A stretch of DNA of 64,000 nt from Acidimicrobiia bacterium (GCA_036502405.1 DASXYP010000084.1:6560-70559), one strand, 5' to 3'; positions 8,273 through 17,272 are shown, counted from the stretch's first letter. The notes: generated by a model not told the origin, from the letters alone. A program made the numbers and translations.

Positions 8273-9778
8273 ATGGCGGTTGTGCTGCTCCACGAGGTGC
8301 TCGACGACGCGGCGCGGCACGCGCCGCACGAGATCGCGCTGATCACCGACGCCGGGATGCAGACGTTCGCCGACCTGGCGACGCGCGTGACGCGGGTCGC
8401 GTCGGGGATCACCGCGGTGACCCAGCCGGGTGACCGGGTCGCGATCCTGGCCGAGAACCGGTCCGAGTACGTCGAGTGCTACTACGCGGTCCCGCGGGCG
8501 GGCCGCCTGCTGGTCCCGCTGAACCAGCGCCTCCACCCCGACGAGTGGGTCGGCGCGCTGACCCGCTCGGGCGCCCGGGTCCTGATTGCCGAAGCCGACC
8601 TGCTCGACCGCCTCGGCATCGACCGCGTGCGGGACGTAGGCGTCGAGACGATCGTCGGGCTCGATGCGCCCGTCGACCACGCGTACGCCGCGCTCGGCGC
8701 CGGCGGGGCCGATCCGGCACCGATCGCAACTGGACGCGACACCGATGGCGCATGGCTGATCGGCACCAGCGGCACCACCGGCACGCCGAAGCTCGCGATC
8801 GTCACCCACGCGAGCCTGCTCGCCGCGGTCGACGCGACGCTCGCGGCCCGGCCGGTGCGCGACGACGACGTCTTCTGCACGCCGTTCCCCCTCTGCCATG
8901 TCGCGGGGTACAACGTCCTCGGTCTGCACCGGCGGCGCCGTCCGGTCGTGTTGATGCGCCGGTTCGATCCCGCGCGGCTCGTCGCGCTGATCGTCGAGCA
9001 CGGCGTGACGGCGCTCTCGCTCGCGCCGACGATGATCGCGATGCTGCTCGACGACCCCCACACGGACGACGACGTCATGCGGTCCGTCCGTTCCATCGGG
9101 TACGGCGCGTCCGCGATGCCGGCCCCCGTCCTGCGCGCCGCGGTCGAGCGCTGGGACTGCGACCTCTCCCAGGGCTACGGCATGACCGAGCTGTCCGGCA
9201 ACGCCGTGTTCCTCGGGCCGGATGAGCACCGACGCGCCGCGGCCGGCGACGCCCGGCTGCTCGCCGCGGCAGGGTTCCCGGCGCCCGGCGTCGAGGTCCG
9301 CCTCGACGAGTCGAGCGCCGAGATCCTGGTGCGGGCCCCGCAGGTCATGGCCGGGTACTGGGAGGACCCGGATGCGTCGGGACGGGCGCTCGCCGGCGGC
9401 TGGCTGCACACCGGCGACGTCGGCCGGCTCGACCCGGACGGGCTGCTCACCGTCGTCGACCGCTTGAAGGACGTCATCGTGAGCGGCGGCGAGAACGTCG
9501 CGTCGCGCGAGGTCGAGGCGGTCCTGCACTCGCATCCCGGGGTCGCGGACGTGGCGGTGATCGGGCTGCCCGACCCGCGCTGGGGCGAGCGGGTCGCCGC
9601 GGTCGTCGTGCGCCGGGCCGGCGCCCCGGTCACGGCCGAGGAGCTGGTCGCGCTCGCGCGGTCGCACCTGGCCGGGTTCAAGGCGCCGCGCGCGGTCGAG
9701 TTCGTCGACGAGCTGCCGCGCAACGCGGCGGGCAAGGTGCTGAAGCAGCAGCTCCGCGACCGCCTCGGAGCGCGTTAG
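8273..9778 (+). CDS. AMP-dependent acyl-CoA synthetase/ligase (FadD-like)
   Basis: AMP-binding motif IGTSGTTGTPK, later GYGMTE, TGDVGRLDPDGLLTVVDRLKD and a C-terminal GKVLK. SD GGAGCGAG lies upstream of the ATG. Confidence 0.9.
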   Translation: MAVVLLHEVLDDAARHAPHEIALITDAGMQTFADLATRVTRVASGITAVTQPGDRVAILAENRSEYVECYYAVPRAGRLLVPLNQRLHPDEWVGALTRSGARVLIAEADLLDRLGIDRVRDVGVETIVGLDAPVDHAYAALGAGGADPAPIATGRDTDGAWLIGTSGTTGTPKLAIVTHASLLAAVDATLAARPVRDDDVFCTPFPLCHVAGYNVLGLHRRRRPVVLMRRFDPARLVALIVEHGVTALSLAPTMIAMLLDDPHTDDDVMRSVRSIGYGASAMPAPVLRAAVERWDCDLSQGYGMTELSGNAVFLGPDEHRRAAAGDARLLAAAGFPAPGVEVRLDESSAEILVRAPQVMAGYWEDPDASGRALAGGWLHTGDVGRLDPDGLLTVVDRLKDVIVSGGENVASREVEAVLHSHPGVADVAVIGLPDPRWGERVAAVVVRRAGAPVTAEELVALARSHLAGFKAPRAVEFVDELPRNAAGKVLKQQLRDRLGAR

Positions 9779-10986
9779 TGCCACCCCGGTACGCTTCGGG
9801 CATGGACGAGATGGGTCACCCGGTGTTCGACGCGGACAACCATTACTACGAGGCGATGGACGCCTTCACCCGTCACCTCGACGCCCGGGTCGGGCCGCGG
9901 ACGGTGCAGTGGGCGGAGATCGAAGGGCGGAAGTACCACGTCGTCGGCGGCCGGGTCAGCCGTGCGGTCGTCAACCCCACGTTCGACCCGATCGCCAAGG
10001 CCGGCGCCATGCACGACTACTTCCGTGGCAACCCGGAAGGCCGCAACCCGCTCGAGTTCCTCCGGGAGCGCGAGCCGATCCGGCCCGAGTACCGCGACCG
10101 CGACGCGCGGCTCACCGTGATGGACGAGCAGCATCTCGCGCAGCTGTGGCTGTTCCCGACCCTCGGCATGCTCTACGAAGAGCTCCTCAAGGCCGACCCG
10201 GGCGCGGTCGCGATCACGTTCACCGCGTTCAACCGCTGGCTCGAGGAGGACTGGGGGTTCGCCTACCAGGACCGGATCTTCGCCGCGCCCTACCTCTCGC
10301 TGTGCGATGTCGACTGGGCGGTGAAGGAGCTGGAGTGGGCGATCGACCGCGGCGCCCGGGTGGTCGTCCTCCGGCCCGCGGCCGTGTTCACCGAGACCGG
10401 GCCGCGCACGCCCGCCGACCGGTCCTTCGACCCGTTCTGGGCCCGGGTGAACGAAGCCGGGGTCACCGTCGTCGCCCACGCGGGGGACAGCGGGTACACG
10501 TCGAACGGGTACGCGCCGGACGGCTTCTCGGCCGCGTTCGGTGACGGCGCGCAGCGTCCGTCGATCAAGATCCTGACGATGGAGCGTGCGATCTACGACT
10601 TCCTCGCGTCGCTCGTCTTCGACCAGCTGTTCCAGCGGTTCCCGAACGTGCGCATCGCGTCGGTGGAGAACGGCTCCGAGTTCCTGCCCGACATGTTCCG
10701 CAAGCTGCGGTCGTGGCACCGGAAGATCCCCGGCTTCTTCCCGGAGGATCCCGTGGACGCGTTCCGCCGCAACGTGTGGATCAACCCGTTCTGGGAGGAC
10801 GACGTCTACGAGATCGCCGAGCTCATGGGCGAGGACCGGGTGATCTTCGGCTCCGACTGGCCGCACATCGAGGGGATGCCGGAGCCGCTCGACTACGCGA
10901 AGGAGCTCAAGGACTTCTCGCCCGAGGCCCGGAAGCTGATCCTGCACGACAACGCGGCGGAGCTGAACACGCTCCGCCCCGCCTGA
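9778..10986 (+). CDS. Amidohydrolase_2 family metal-dependent hydrolase (ACMSD-like)
   Basis: FDADNHYYE N-terminal metal-binding motif and C-terminal FGSDWPHIEG. The GTG at 9778 overlaps the ligase stop (TAGTG). ATG 9802 or 9811 are alternative starts. Confidence 0.85.
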   Translation: MPPRYASGMDEMGHPVFDADNHYYEAMDAFTRHLDARVGPRTVQWAEIEGRKYHVVGGRVSRAVVNPTFDPIAKAGAMHDYFRGNPEGRNPLEFLREREPIRPEYRDRDARLTVMDEQHLAQLWLFPTLGMLYEELLKADPGAVAITFTAFNRWLEEDWGFAYQDRIFAAPYLSLCDVDWAVKELEWAIDRGARVVVLRPAAVFTETGPRTPADRSFDPFWARVNEAGVTVVAHAGDSGYTSNGYAPDGFSAAFGDGAQRPSIKILTMERAIYDFLASLVFDQLFQRFPNVRIASVENGSEFLPDMFRKLRSWHRKIPGFFPEDPVDAFRRNVWINPFWEDDVYEIAELMGEDRVIFGSDWPHIEGMPEPLDYAKELKDFSPEARKLILHDNAAELNTLRPA

Positions 10987-10993
10987 GGCCGCG

Positions 10994-11782
10994 GTGATCC
11001 TGGATCGGTTCGACCTCACCGGGCGCGTTGCGATCGTCACCGGCGCGGGGCAGGGCATCGGCGCCGGCTGCGCAGTGGCGCTCGCCGAGGCCGGGGCCGA
11101 CGTCGCGCTCGCGTCCCGCACGCAGGCCGACCTCGAGCTCGTCGCCGAGAAGATCCGCGCGCTCGGTCGGCGCGCGGTGGTCGCCCCGACGGACGTGACC
11201 GAGAGCGACCAGCTGGCCGCGCTCGTGGACTCGACGGTCAGCGCGCTCGGCCGGGTCGATGTGCTCGTCAACAACGCCGGCGGCTGGGACCCCCGCCCGC
11301 TGCCGCAGACCAGCGCCCGGTCGGTCGAGGCCGCGTTCAAGTTCAACGTCATCGCCGCGTTCACGCTCACCCAGCTCTGCGTGCCCCACATGGTGGCCGC
11401 CGGTGCCGGGAGCGTCGTCAACATCTCGTCGCGCGCCGCGAGCATGGTGCAGCCGTGCTTTGTCGCGTACGCGACCGCGAAGGCCGCGCTGTCGATGATG
11501 ACGCGGGCGATGGCGCCGGAGCTGGCGCCGAAGGTGCGCGTGAACGCGATCGAGGTGGGCGGGGTCGAGACCCAGGCGCTCTCGCACGTGCTCACCGACG
11601 ACGACGTCCGGATGCAGCTCGAGGACAACACCCCGATGCACCGGGTCGGCCAGCCCGAGGACATCGCGGCCTGCGTCCTGTACCTGGCCTCCGATGCCGC
11701 GTCCTGGGTCACCGGCAAGATCTTCGAGGTCGACGGCGGCGTCGAGTCGCCGGCGTTCACCATCCCCTTCACCCCCCTGTGA
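10994..11782 (+). CDS. SDR family oxidoreductase
   Basis: TGAGQGIG cofactor motif, NNAG, and a YATAK catalytic Tyr-x3-Lys. Confidence 0.9.
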   Translation: MILDRFDLTGRVAIVTGAGQGIGAGCAVALAEAGADVALASRTQADLELVAEKIRALGRRAVVAPTDVTESDQLAALVDSTVSALGRVDVLVNNAGGWDPRPLPQTSARSVEAAFKFNVIAAFTLTQLCVPHMVAAGAGSVVNISSRAASMVQPCFVAYATAKAALSMMTRAMAPELAPKVRVNAIEVGGVETQALSHVLTDDDVRMQLEDNTPMHRVGQPEDIAACVLYLASDAASWVTGKIFEVDGGVESPAFTIPFTPL

Positions 11783-11791
11783 CCCGCCCGC

Positions 11792-11848
11792 GCTCCTTTC
11801 GGTGCGCGTGGGACCCCTTCCAGGGGGTGCAACCCGCACCGAAACGAG
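11792..11848. repeat. Nested-palindrome element, copy A
   Basis: GCTCC-TTTCGGTGCG-[28 nt with inner CCCCT/AGGGG hairpin]-CGCACCGAAA-CGAG. The termini are shared with copies at 13420 and 48710. Confidence 0.85.
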
Positions 11849-11917
11849 AAACGGGCGTTTGACGGGTCGGGGCGGCCGGGCAAGGTTTCGCGTACGTCGA
11901 CACGCGGGGGGAGCGAA

Positions 11918-13375
11918 ATGGCGCGGACTGGGCACACCTCGGTCGGGACCCGAGCACGGTTGGGCGCGGCGATCACGTGCTTGCTCGCCGCGACGCTGGT
12001 GCTGACGACGGGCTCGGCGGTGTCGGCCGCACCGACGGCCACCGTGTCCGGCCCCGTGACGGGCGGCAACGGCACGCCGGTCGGGCTCACGACGCAGTTC
12101 GACCTCGGCACTGTCGGGTACCAGCAGTCCGAGTTCTTCCTCTCCGGCACCGCGAACGCCTACAGCCCGACCTCGGCGCTCGGCGGCGACGGCCGGTGGT
12201 CGGTCACCCCGAGCTCGCAGGCGCCGTTCACGACCCGCATGATCGTGAACCGGCCCGCCGATCCCAAGAAGTTCAACGGGACGGTCGTCGTCGAGTGGCT
12301 CAACGTGTCGATCGGCTCCGACGTGGGCGTCGACTGGGGCTTCGGGCACAACGAGCTGATCCGTCGCGGCTACGCCTGGGTCGGCGTGTCCGCCCAGACC
12401 ATCGGGCTCAACGCGACGAAGGCCGCCGACCCGGTGCGCTACGCGTCGCTCTCGCACCCGGGCGACAGCTACTCGTACGACATGTTCACCCAGGCCGGCC
12501 AAGCGATCCGCCGCGACGCCGCGACCGTGCTCGGTGGGCTCCAGCCGAAGCGCCTCCTCGCGGACGGCGAGTCGCAGTCCGCCTCGCGGATGGTCACCTA
12601 CATCGACGCGATCCAACCGCTCGCGCACGCGTTCGACGGGTTCCTGGTCCACAGCCGCGGGTCAGGTGGAGCGCCGCTGTCGCAGGCACCCCTCCCCTCC
12701 GTCGTCTCGCCGCCCGCGGTCATGATCCGCACCGACAACACCGCGCCGGTCATCGTGCTCCAGTCCGAGACGGACGTGACCCAGGGCGGGCGCCAGGACG
12801 ACTCGCCGACGTTCCGGCTCTGGGAGATGGCGGGCACGTCGCACGTCGACGGGTACACCGTCGGGGTCGGGCTCGGCGACGACGGTGACGGCCAGGCCGA
12901 CCGCGCGCTGTTCAACGCGATGCAGCACCCGCCGGGGATCGGCTGCGCCGTGCCCATCAACACCGGACCGAGCTACCTGATCGTGCAGAGCGCCTACCGG
13001 CGCCTGACCCGTTGGGTCCGCTACGGCATCGAGCCGCCGAAGGCAGATCGGCTCGACGTGACCTCGTTCTCACCGACGACGTACGCACGCGACGCGAACG
13101 GCAACGTGCTCGGCGGGATCCGGACGCCGGAGGTCGATGCACCGGTGGCCACCATCACCAACGCGGGCCAGTCGGGTGCAGGGCTGCTCTGCCGGCTCGT
13201 CGGGACGACGACGCCGTTCAGCGCCGCGAAGCTCGCGTCGCTGTATAAGGACCACGACCGCTTCGTGCGCCTCTGGCACCACGCGACGAACGACGCGATC
13301 GCGAAGGGCTTCCTCCTCCCGCCCGACGCGCGCAAGGTGTCGGCTGCGGCGCGGGCCTCCTCGATCCCCGGCTGA
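11918..13375 (+). CDS. Secreted alpha/beta-hydrolase-like protein, function unknown
   Basis: N-terminal signal-like sequence (LLAATLVLTTGSAVSAAP). GESQS is a possible nucleophile elbow. SD GGGGGGAG lies 5 nt upstream of the ATG. Confidence 0.7.
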   Translation: MARTGHTSVGTRARLGAAITCLLAATLVLTTGSAVSAAPTATVSGPVTGGNGTPVGLTTQFDLGTVGYQQSEFFLSGTANAYSPTSALGGDGRWSVTPSSQAPFTTRMIVNRPADPKKFNGTVVVEWLNVSIGSDVGVDWGFGHNELIRRGYAWVGVSAQTIGLNATKAADPVRYASLSHPGDSYSYDMFTQAGQAIRRDAATVLGGLQPKRLLADGESQSASRMVTYIDAIQPLAHAFDGFLVHSRGSGGAPLSQAPLPSVVSPPAVMIRTDNTAPVIVLQSETDVTQGGRQDDSPTFRLWEMAGTSHVDGYTVGVGLGDDGDGQADRALFNAMQHPPGIGCAVPINTGPSYLIVQSAYRRLTRWVRYGIEPPKADRLDVTSFSPTTYARDANGNVLGGIRTPEVDAPVATITNAGQSGAGLLCRLVGTTTPFSAAKLASLYKDHDRFVRLWHHATNDAIAKGFLLPPDARKVSAAARASSIPG

Positions 13376-13419
13376 CCCGCCGAGCGGCACACGCGCCGGG
13401 TTCGACCCGGCTCGACCGA

Positions 13420-13474
13420 GCTCCTTTCGGTGCGGGTTTCCGATGCTCTACCGCCAAGGTCGCACCGAAGCGAG
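13420..13474. repeat. Nested-palindrome element, copy B (same orientation as A)
   Basis: Its 15-nt left end GCTCCTTTCGGTGCG is identical to copy A. The right end CGCACCGAAGCGAG matches A at 13/14 positions. Confidence 0.85.
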
Positions 13475-13535
13475 CTGGGGGACGTCGCCGCGGTCGGATC
13501 GGGCCGGCAGGATGCTCCGGCGCCATACTGCGCGC

Positions 13536-14159
13536 ATGCCGAACTCGTGGACCGATCTCGACAAGGCCACCGAGTACCTGGCCCGGGCGGACTCGCTCCC
13601 CCACCGCAGCGAGGGTGAGGGAGTGCTGGTGCGCGACCTCGACGGCGCGCTCCCAGGACGCGTGCTCGACCTCGGGTGCGGCGACGGGCGCCTGACCGCG
13701 CTCGCGCTCGCGGCGTATCCCGCGTCGACGGCCACCTGCGTCGACATGTCGGAGCCGATGCTGGAAGCCGCCCGGAACCGCTTCGCCGCTGACGACCGGG
13801 TCACCATCGCCGCGCATGACTTCGCCACGCCGCTTCCGTTCGACGGGCCGTTCGACGCGATCGTCACGTCGCTCGCCGTGCACCACGTCAGCGACGACCG
13901 CAAGCGCGCGCTGTACACCGAGATCGCCAACCGGCTCGCGCCCGGTGGCGTCTTCGCCAACCTCGAGATCGTGGCCAGCCCGACCCAGGCGCTGCACGAT
14001 CGGTGGCGTGACGAGATGGGCGCGCGTGACGACCCCGCCGACGTCCTGCGCGACATGCGCAGCCAGCTCGCGTGGATCGAGGAGGCGGGGCTCACGAACG
14101 TCGACTGCATCTGGAAGTGGCGCAGCCTGGCGCTGCTCCGCGGCGAGCGCCCCGCCTGA
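13536..14159 (+). CDS. Class I SAM-dependent methyltransferase
   Basis: Motif I VLDLGCGDGRLT and post-I VDMSEPML. The long N-terminal extension of track ORF 13137.. is low complexity and overlaps the upstream gene. ATG 13536 (MPNSWTDL) or ATG 13512 are possible starts. Confidence 0.8.
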   Translation: MPNSWTDLDKATEYLARADSLPHRSEGEGVLVRDLDGALPGRVLDLGCGDGRLTALALAAYPASTATCVDMSEPMLEAARNRFAADDRVTIAAHDFATPLPFDGPFDAIVTSLAVHHVSDDRKRALYTEIANRLAPGGVFANLEIVASPTQALHDRWRDEMGARDDPADVLRDMRSQLAWIEEAGLTNVDCIWKWRSLALLRGERPA

Positions 14160-14163
14160 GCCC

Positions 14164-14580
14164 ATGGCCGTCGACGTCCTCGCCGTCGTCGCGGCGGTCG
14201 TGCTCGCGGGGCTCAGCGCGCTCCACGTCTACTGGGCAGTCGGAGGCCAAGGAGTCCGGGCTGCGGTGGTCCCGACCGTCGAGGGCCGGCCCACGCTGTC
14301 GCCCTCGGTGGCGGCAACGCTGGTGGTCGCGCTCCTGCTCGCGCTCGCCGCGCTGATCCTCGTCGGGATCACGGCGGGCTGGGCGCCGACGTGGCTGTAC
14401 CGCGCCGGGGGCGCGGGGCTGAGCCTCGTGCTGCTGGCGCGGGCGATCGGCGACGGGCGGACCCTCGGCTTCACCAAGCGCGTGCGCGACACCGCGTTCG
14501 CCCGCAACGACACCCGCCTGTTCTCCCCGCTCTGCCTGTTCCTCGCCGTCGCGGCCGGCCTGGCCACGCTCACCGCCTGA
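14164..14580 (+). CDS. DUF3995-like membrane protein
   Basis: ATG 5 nt after the methyltransferase stop. Four hydrophobic helices with the HVYWAVGG motif typical of this small family. Confidence 0.55.
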   Translation: MAVDVLAVVAAVVLAGLSALHVYWAVGGQGVRAAVVPTVEGRPTLSPSVAATLVVALLLALAALILVGITAGWAPTWLYRAGGAGLSLVLLARAIGDGRTLGFTKRVRDTAFARNDTRLFSPLCLFLAVAAGLATLTA

Positions 14581-14622
14581 CGGACGTCAGGAGCCGGACG
14601 TCAGGAGCCGGGGGTCAGGATG
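14581..14622. repeat. 14-bp tandem repeat (2 perfect units plus 1 degenerate) between convergent genes; the degenerate unit contains the methyltransferase stop codon
   Basis: CGGACGTCAGGAGC CGGACGTCAGGAGC CGGGGGTCAGGATGC. Confidence 0.85.
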
Positions 14623-15406
14623 CCGGGGCCAGGACCGCGAGGTAGCCGGGGAAGACGACCTCGTGCGCCACGCCCGCGAAGACCGGGGCCAGGCTCGCCG
14701 CACACCAGGCGCGGATCGACGCTGCCGCTTCGCCCCGATCGACCGCGTGGGCGACGTTCGTCCCGGTCATGACGTAGTCGCAGTAGAAGTCGGCGCCGAG
14801 CTCGAGGCCGATCGCGAACGTCTCGGCGCCGAGCAGCTCGAACCCGTCCGCCGCCGCGGCGAGCGTCGACGGGTCGAGCGGGCGCGCGACCCCGAGGGGG
14901 CTCGGGTACCGGTGCCGGAACTCCGTGAACCACGCGTCGAGCGCGGGCGACGCCCGGAAGCTCCGGCCGGCCGAGAAGTCGTAGACGAGCAGGCGGCCCC
15001 CGGGCCGGAGCACCCGGTGCACCTCGGCGAGCGACGGGGCCAGGTCGGCGAAGTTGAGCGAGCCGGCCGCGGTCACGAGGTCGATCGTGTGCTCGCGGAC
15101 GGGGAGCGCTTCTGCGCGGGCGGCGGCGAACCTGACCGCGTCCCGCTGCAGCGGGCTCGCGGCCAGCATCGCCACGACCGGTTCGAGGCCCACGCACACC
15201 CCCGCGAGACCGGCCAGCGCGAGCGTGGACAGCCCCGCGCCACACCCGACGTCGACGGCCCGGTCGAACGGCCCGGGACCGAGATGCAAACGGGCCCGTT
15301 CGACCACCCGTGGGTGGATCGCGGGCCGCGAACGCGCGTAGCCGGCGACCATCGCCGCGGACCCGAAGAGATCCGTCATCGTGCCGTGCGACGTCGGGCG
15401 GCGCAT
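14615..15406 (-). CDS. Class I SAM-dependent methyltransferase
   Basis: Motif I VDVGCGAGLST and a later VLRPGGRLLVYDF. Alternative start at ATG 15379. Confidence 0.8.
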   Translation of the reverse strand: MRRPTSHGTMTDLFGSAAMVAGYARSRPAIHPRVVERARLHLGPGPFDRAVDVGCGAGLSTLALAGLAGVCVGLEPVVAMLAASPLQRDAVRFAAARAEALPVREHTIDLVTAAGSLNFADLAPSLAEVHRVLRPGGRLLVYDFSAGRSFRASPALDAWFTEFRHRYPSPLGVARPLDPSTLAAAADGFELLGAETFAIGLELGADFYCDYVMTGTNVAHAVDRGEAAASIRAWCAASLAPVFAGVAHEVVFPGYLAVLAPAS

Positions 15407-15493
15407 CCACCGGACGCCGGGGGCGCGGACCTACGCTCCTGCGCCATGGGCAGCGGTGCATTCCTCCCGGGCGTGGGTCCGAGGTAGGCGAGC

Positions 15494-16240
15494 GTGGGTC
15501 TGCGACGCAAGCGCAGGGTGGAAGTCGAGCTGATCGAGCTCGTCCGGAGCGAGCTCGCATCGCTCCGCGAAGAGGTCCAGTCGGCGATGACGGACACCGC
15601 GGCGGTGCTCTCGGCCCGCGTGCGCAGCGAGATCGAGCACCGCATGGGAGAGCCGCGCGCGCTCGTCGTCGGCATCCAGGGGGTGCGCGAGACGATCGCC
15701 GGTCGCGACTCCGAGCTCGTCCACGCACTCGAGCGCGTCGGCACGACGTGCGAGTCGCTGGCCGAGCGCGTCCACCTCGACCGCATCGACCAGACCGCGC
15801 TCACCGATGCGATCAGCCGCCTCACGACCGCGCTGGCCCACGCGGGCTCGTTCGCGCTCCCCTCGAGCGGCGGGCACGCGACGGTCATCGGCGGGACGGT
15901 CGAGCCGACGCCGACGCCGACGCCGTCGGACGCGATCTTCACCCGCGCCGACCTCGTCGACGACGAACCCGATCGCGAGATCGACCTCGAGGCCATCGCC
16001 GCGGCTCCCGAGCCGGTGGTGCGCCCGCGGGTCGGCCGTCCGGTGCGGCCCGACGGCGTCGAGGTGCGGTGCCGGTTCGGCGATCGGTGGGTCACCGGCT
16101 TCGAGGTGTGCGAGGTCATCCGCATCGACGACACGTCCCGCTACCGGCTCCGGCGGCGCTCGGACGGCTCGGTCATCCCGACGCTGTTCGACGAGAAGGA
16201 CCTGCGGTTCTTCAGCACGTCATACGTCGACCCCACCTGA
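15494..16240 (+). CDS. Hypothetical protein: N-terminal helical/coiled-coil region plus a C-terminal ~50-aa domain shared with the product of 40778..41068
   Basis: GTG start with SD GAGGTAGG 7 nt upstream and high GC3. The C-terminal segment VEVRCRFGDRWVTGFEV...YRLRRRSDGSVIPTLF...DLR aligns with the second ORF. Confidence 0.6.
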   Translation: MGLRRKRRVEVELIELVRSELASLREEVQSAMTDTAAVLSARVRSEIEHRMGEPRALVVGIQGVRETIAGRDSELVHALERVGTTCESLAERVHLDRIDQTALTDAISRLTTALAHAGSFALPSSGGHATVIGGTVEPTPTPTPSDAIFTRADLVDDEPDREIDLEAIAAAPEPVVRPRVGRPVRPDGVEVRCRFGDRWVTGFEVCEVIRIDDTSRYRLRRRSDGSVIPTLFDEKDLRFFSTSYVDPT

Positions 16241-17272
16241 CGCGGCGCGGCCCGCGAGCAGCGGCAGGTCCAGGTAGGTCTTGACTCCGGGCTCGGCGTC
16301 GCAGACGTAGGGGATCGCGTTCACGCAGTGCATCGCCGGGGCGATCAGGCCGATCTCCGGGTGCTCGCCGACCACCGGCGGGTGCAGCCCGTGAAAGGTC
16401 ACCGCGACGGGCGGTTCGGCGTCGAGCTCCACCTCGAAGCGCTGGCCGTCGAGCCGCCAGGCCGGCTCGAGGTGCTCCTCACCCATCAGCCAGTTGACCC
16501 GCACCGTGATCACCGGCTCTCCGTCGACGAGCCCCTCCCACGTGAACCGCTGCGCGGCGACGGTCCCCTCGTCGAGCACACCGACGGGCGTGGGGAGGGG
16601 TCGGGTCGCGACCGCCATCTCGTGGGTCGTGCGCTTCTCCGGGTCCAGCTTCCACCCGAGCGCGGCCGCGACCATGTCGATGGACTGCGTGAAGCCGTCA
16701 CCGAGGACCGCGGGCATCGGGCTGGTCGCCGCCTGCTCGGGCGGCGTGCCGAACAGCATCACCTCGCGCACCACCGACTCGGTCGGGTAGTTGCGGATGT
16801 CGGAGAACTCCTCCATGCGGACGTGGCGGATGTCCCGGCACATCGCGGAGAGCATCAACGGGAACCGCTCGGTGATGCCGCCCGGGTTGATGCCCGTCCC
16901 GTGCAGCGTCGTACCGCCGCGGCGGCAGGCGTCCTCGATCTCCGCGAGCTTGGGTGACTCGGTCGGGTAGATCCAGCCGACCGGGGTCACGATGTTCTTG
17001 CCCGACTCCAGCAGGCGCACGACCGTGCGCGTGCTGGCCAGGACCGGCGCGTACACGACGCAGTCCGCGTCGATCGCGCAGATCTCCTCGAGGTCGCCCG
17101 ACGCGGTGACGCCGAGCGGCCCGATGCCGCAGAGCTCGCCGACGTCACGTCCGACCTTCTCCGGGCTGTGCACCCAGGCGCCCACGAGCTCGAGCTCGGG
17201 GTGTGCGACCACGCCCTTGATCGCCTCCTGGCCCACGAGGCCGGTGGCCCACTGGATCACCCGATACGTCAT
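16220..17272 (-). CDS. DapB-like NAD(P)-binding oxidoreductase (amine-dehydrogenase / 2,4-diaminopentanoate-dehydrogenase-like family)
   Basis: N-terminal Rossmann motif VIQWATGLVGQEAIKG followed by HPELELVGAWVHS. Length and architecture fit this family. The 3' end overlaps the convergent gene by 21 nt. Confidence 0.7.
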   Translation of the reverse strand: MTYRVIQWATGLVGQEAIKGVVAHPELELVGAWVHSPEKVGRDVGELCGIGPLGVTASGDLEEICAIDADCVVYAPVLASTRTVVRLLESGKNIVTPVGWIYPTESPKLAEIEDACRRGGTTLHGTGINPGGITERFPLMLSAMCRDIRHVRMEEFSDIRNYPTESVVREVMLFGTPPEQAATSPMPAVLGDGFTQSIDMVAAALGWKLDPEKRTTHEMAVATRPLPTPVGVLDEGTVAAQRFTWEGLVDGEPVITVRVNWLMGEEHLEPAWRLDGQRFEVELDAEPPVAVTFHGLHPPVVGEHPEIGLIAPAMHCVNAIPYVCDAEPGVKTYLDLPLLAGRAASGGVDV

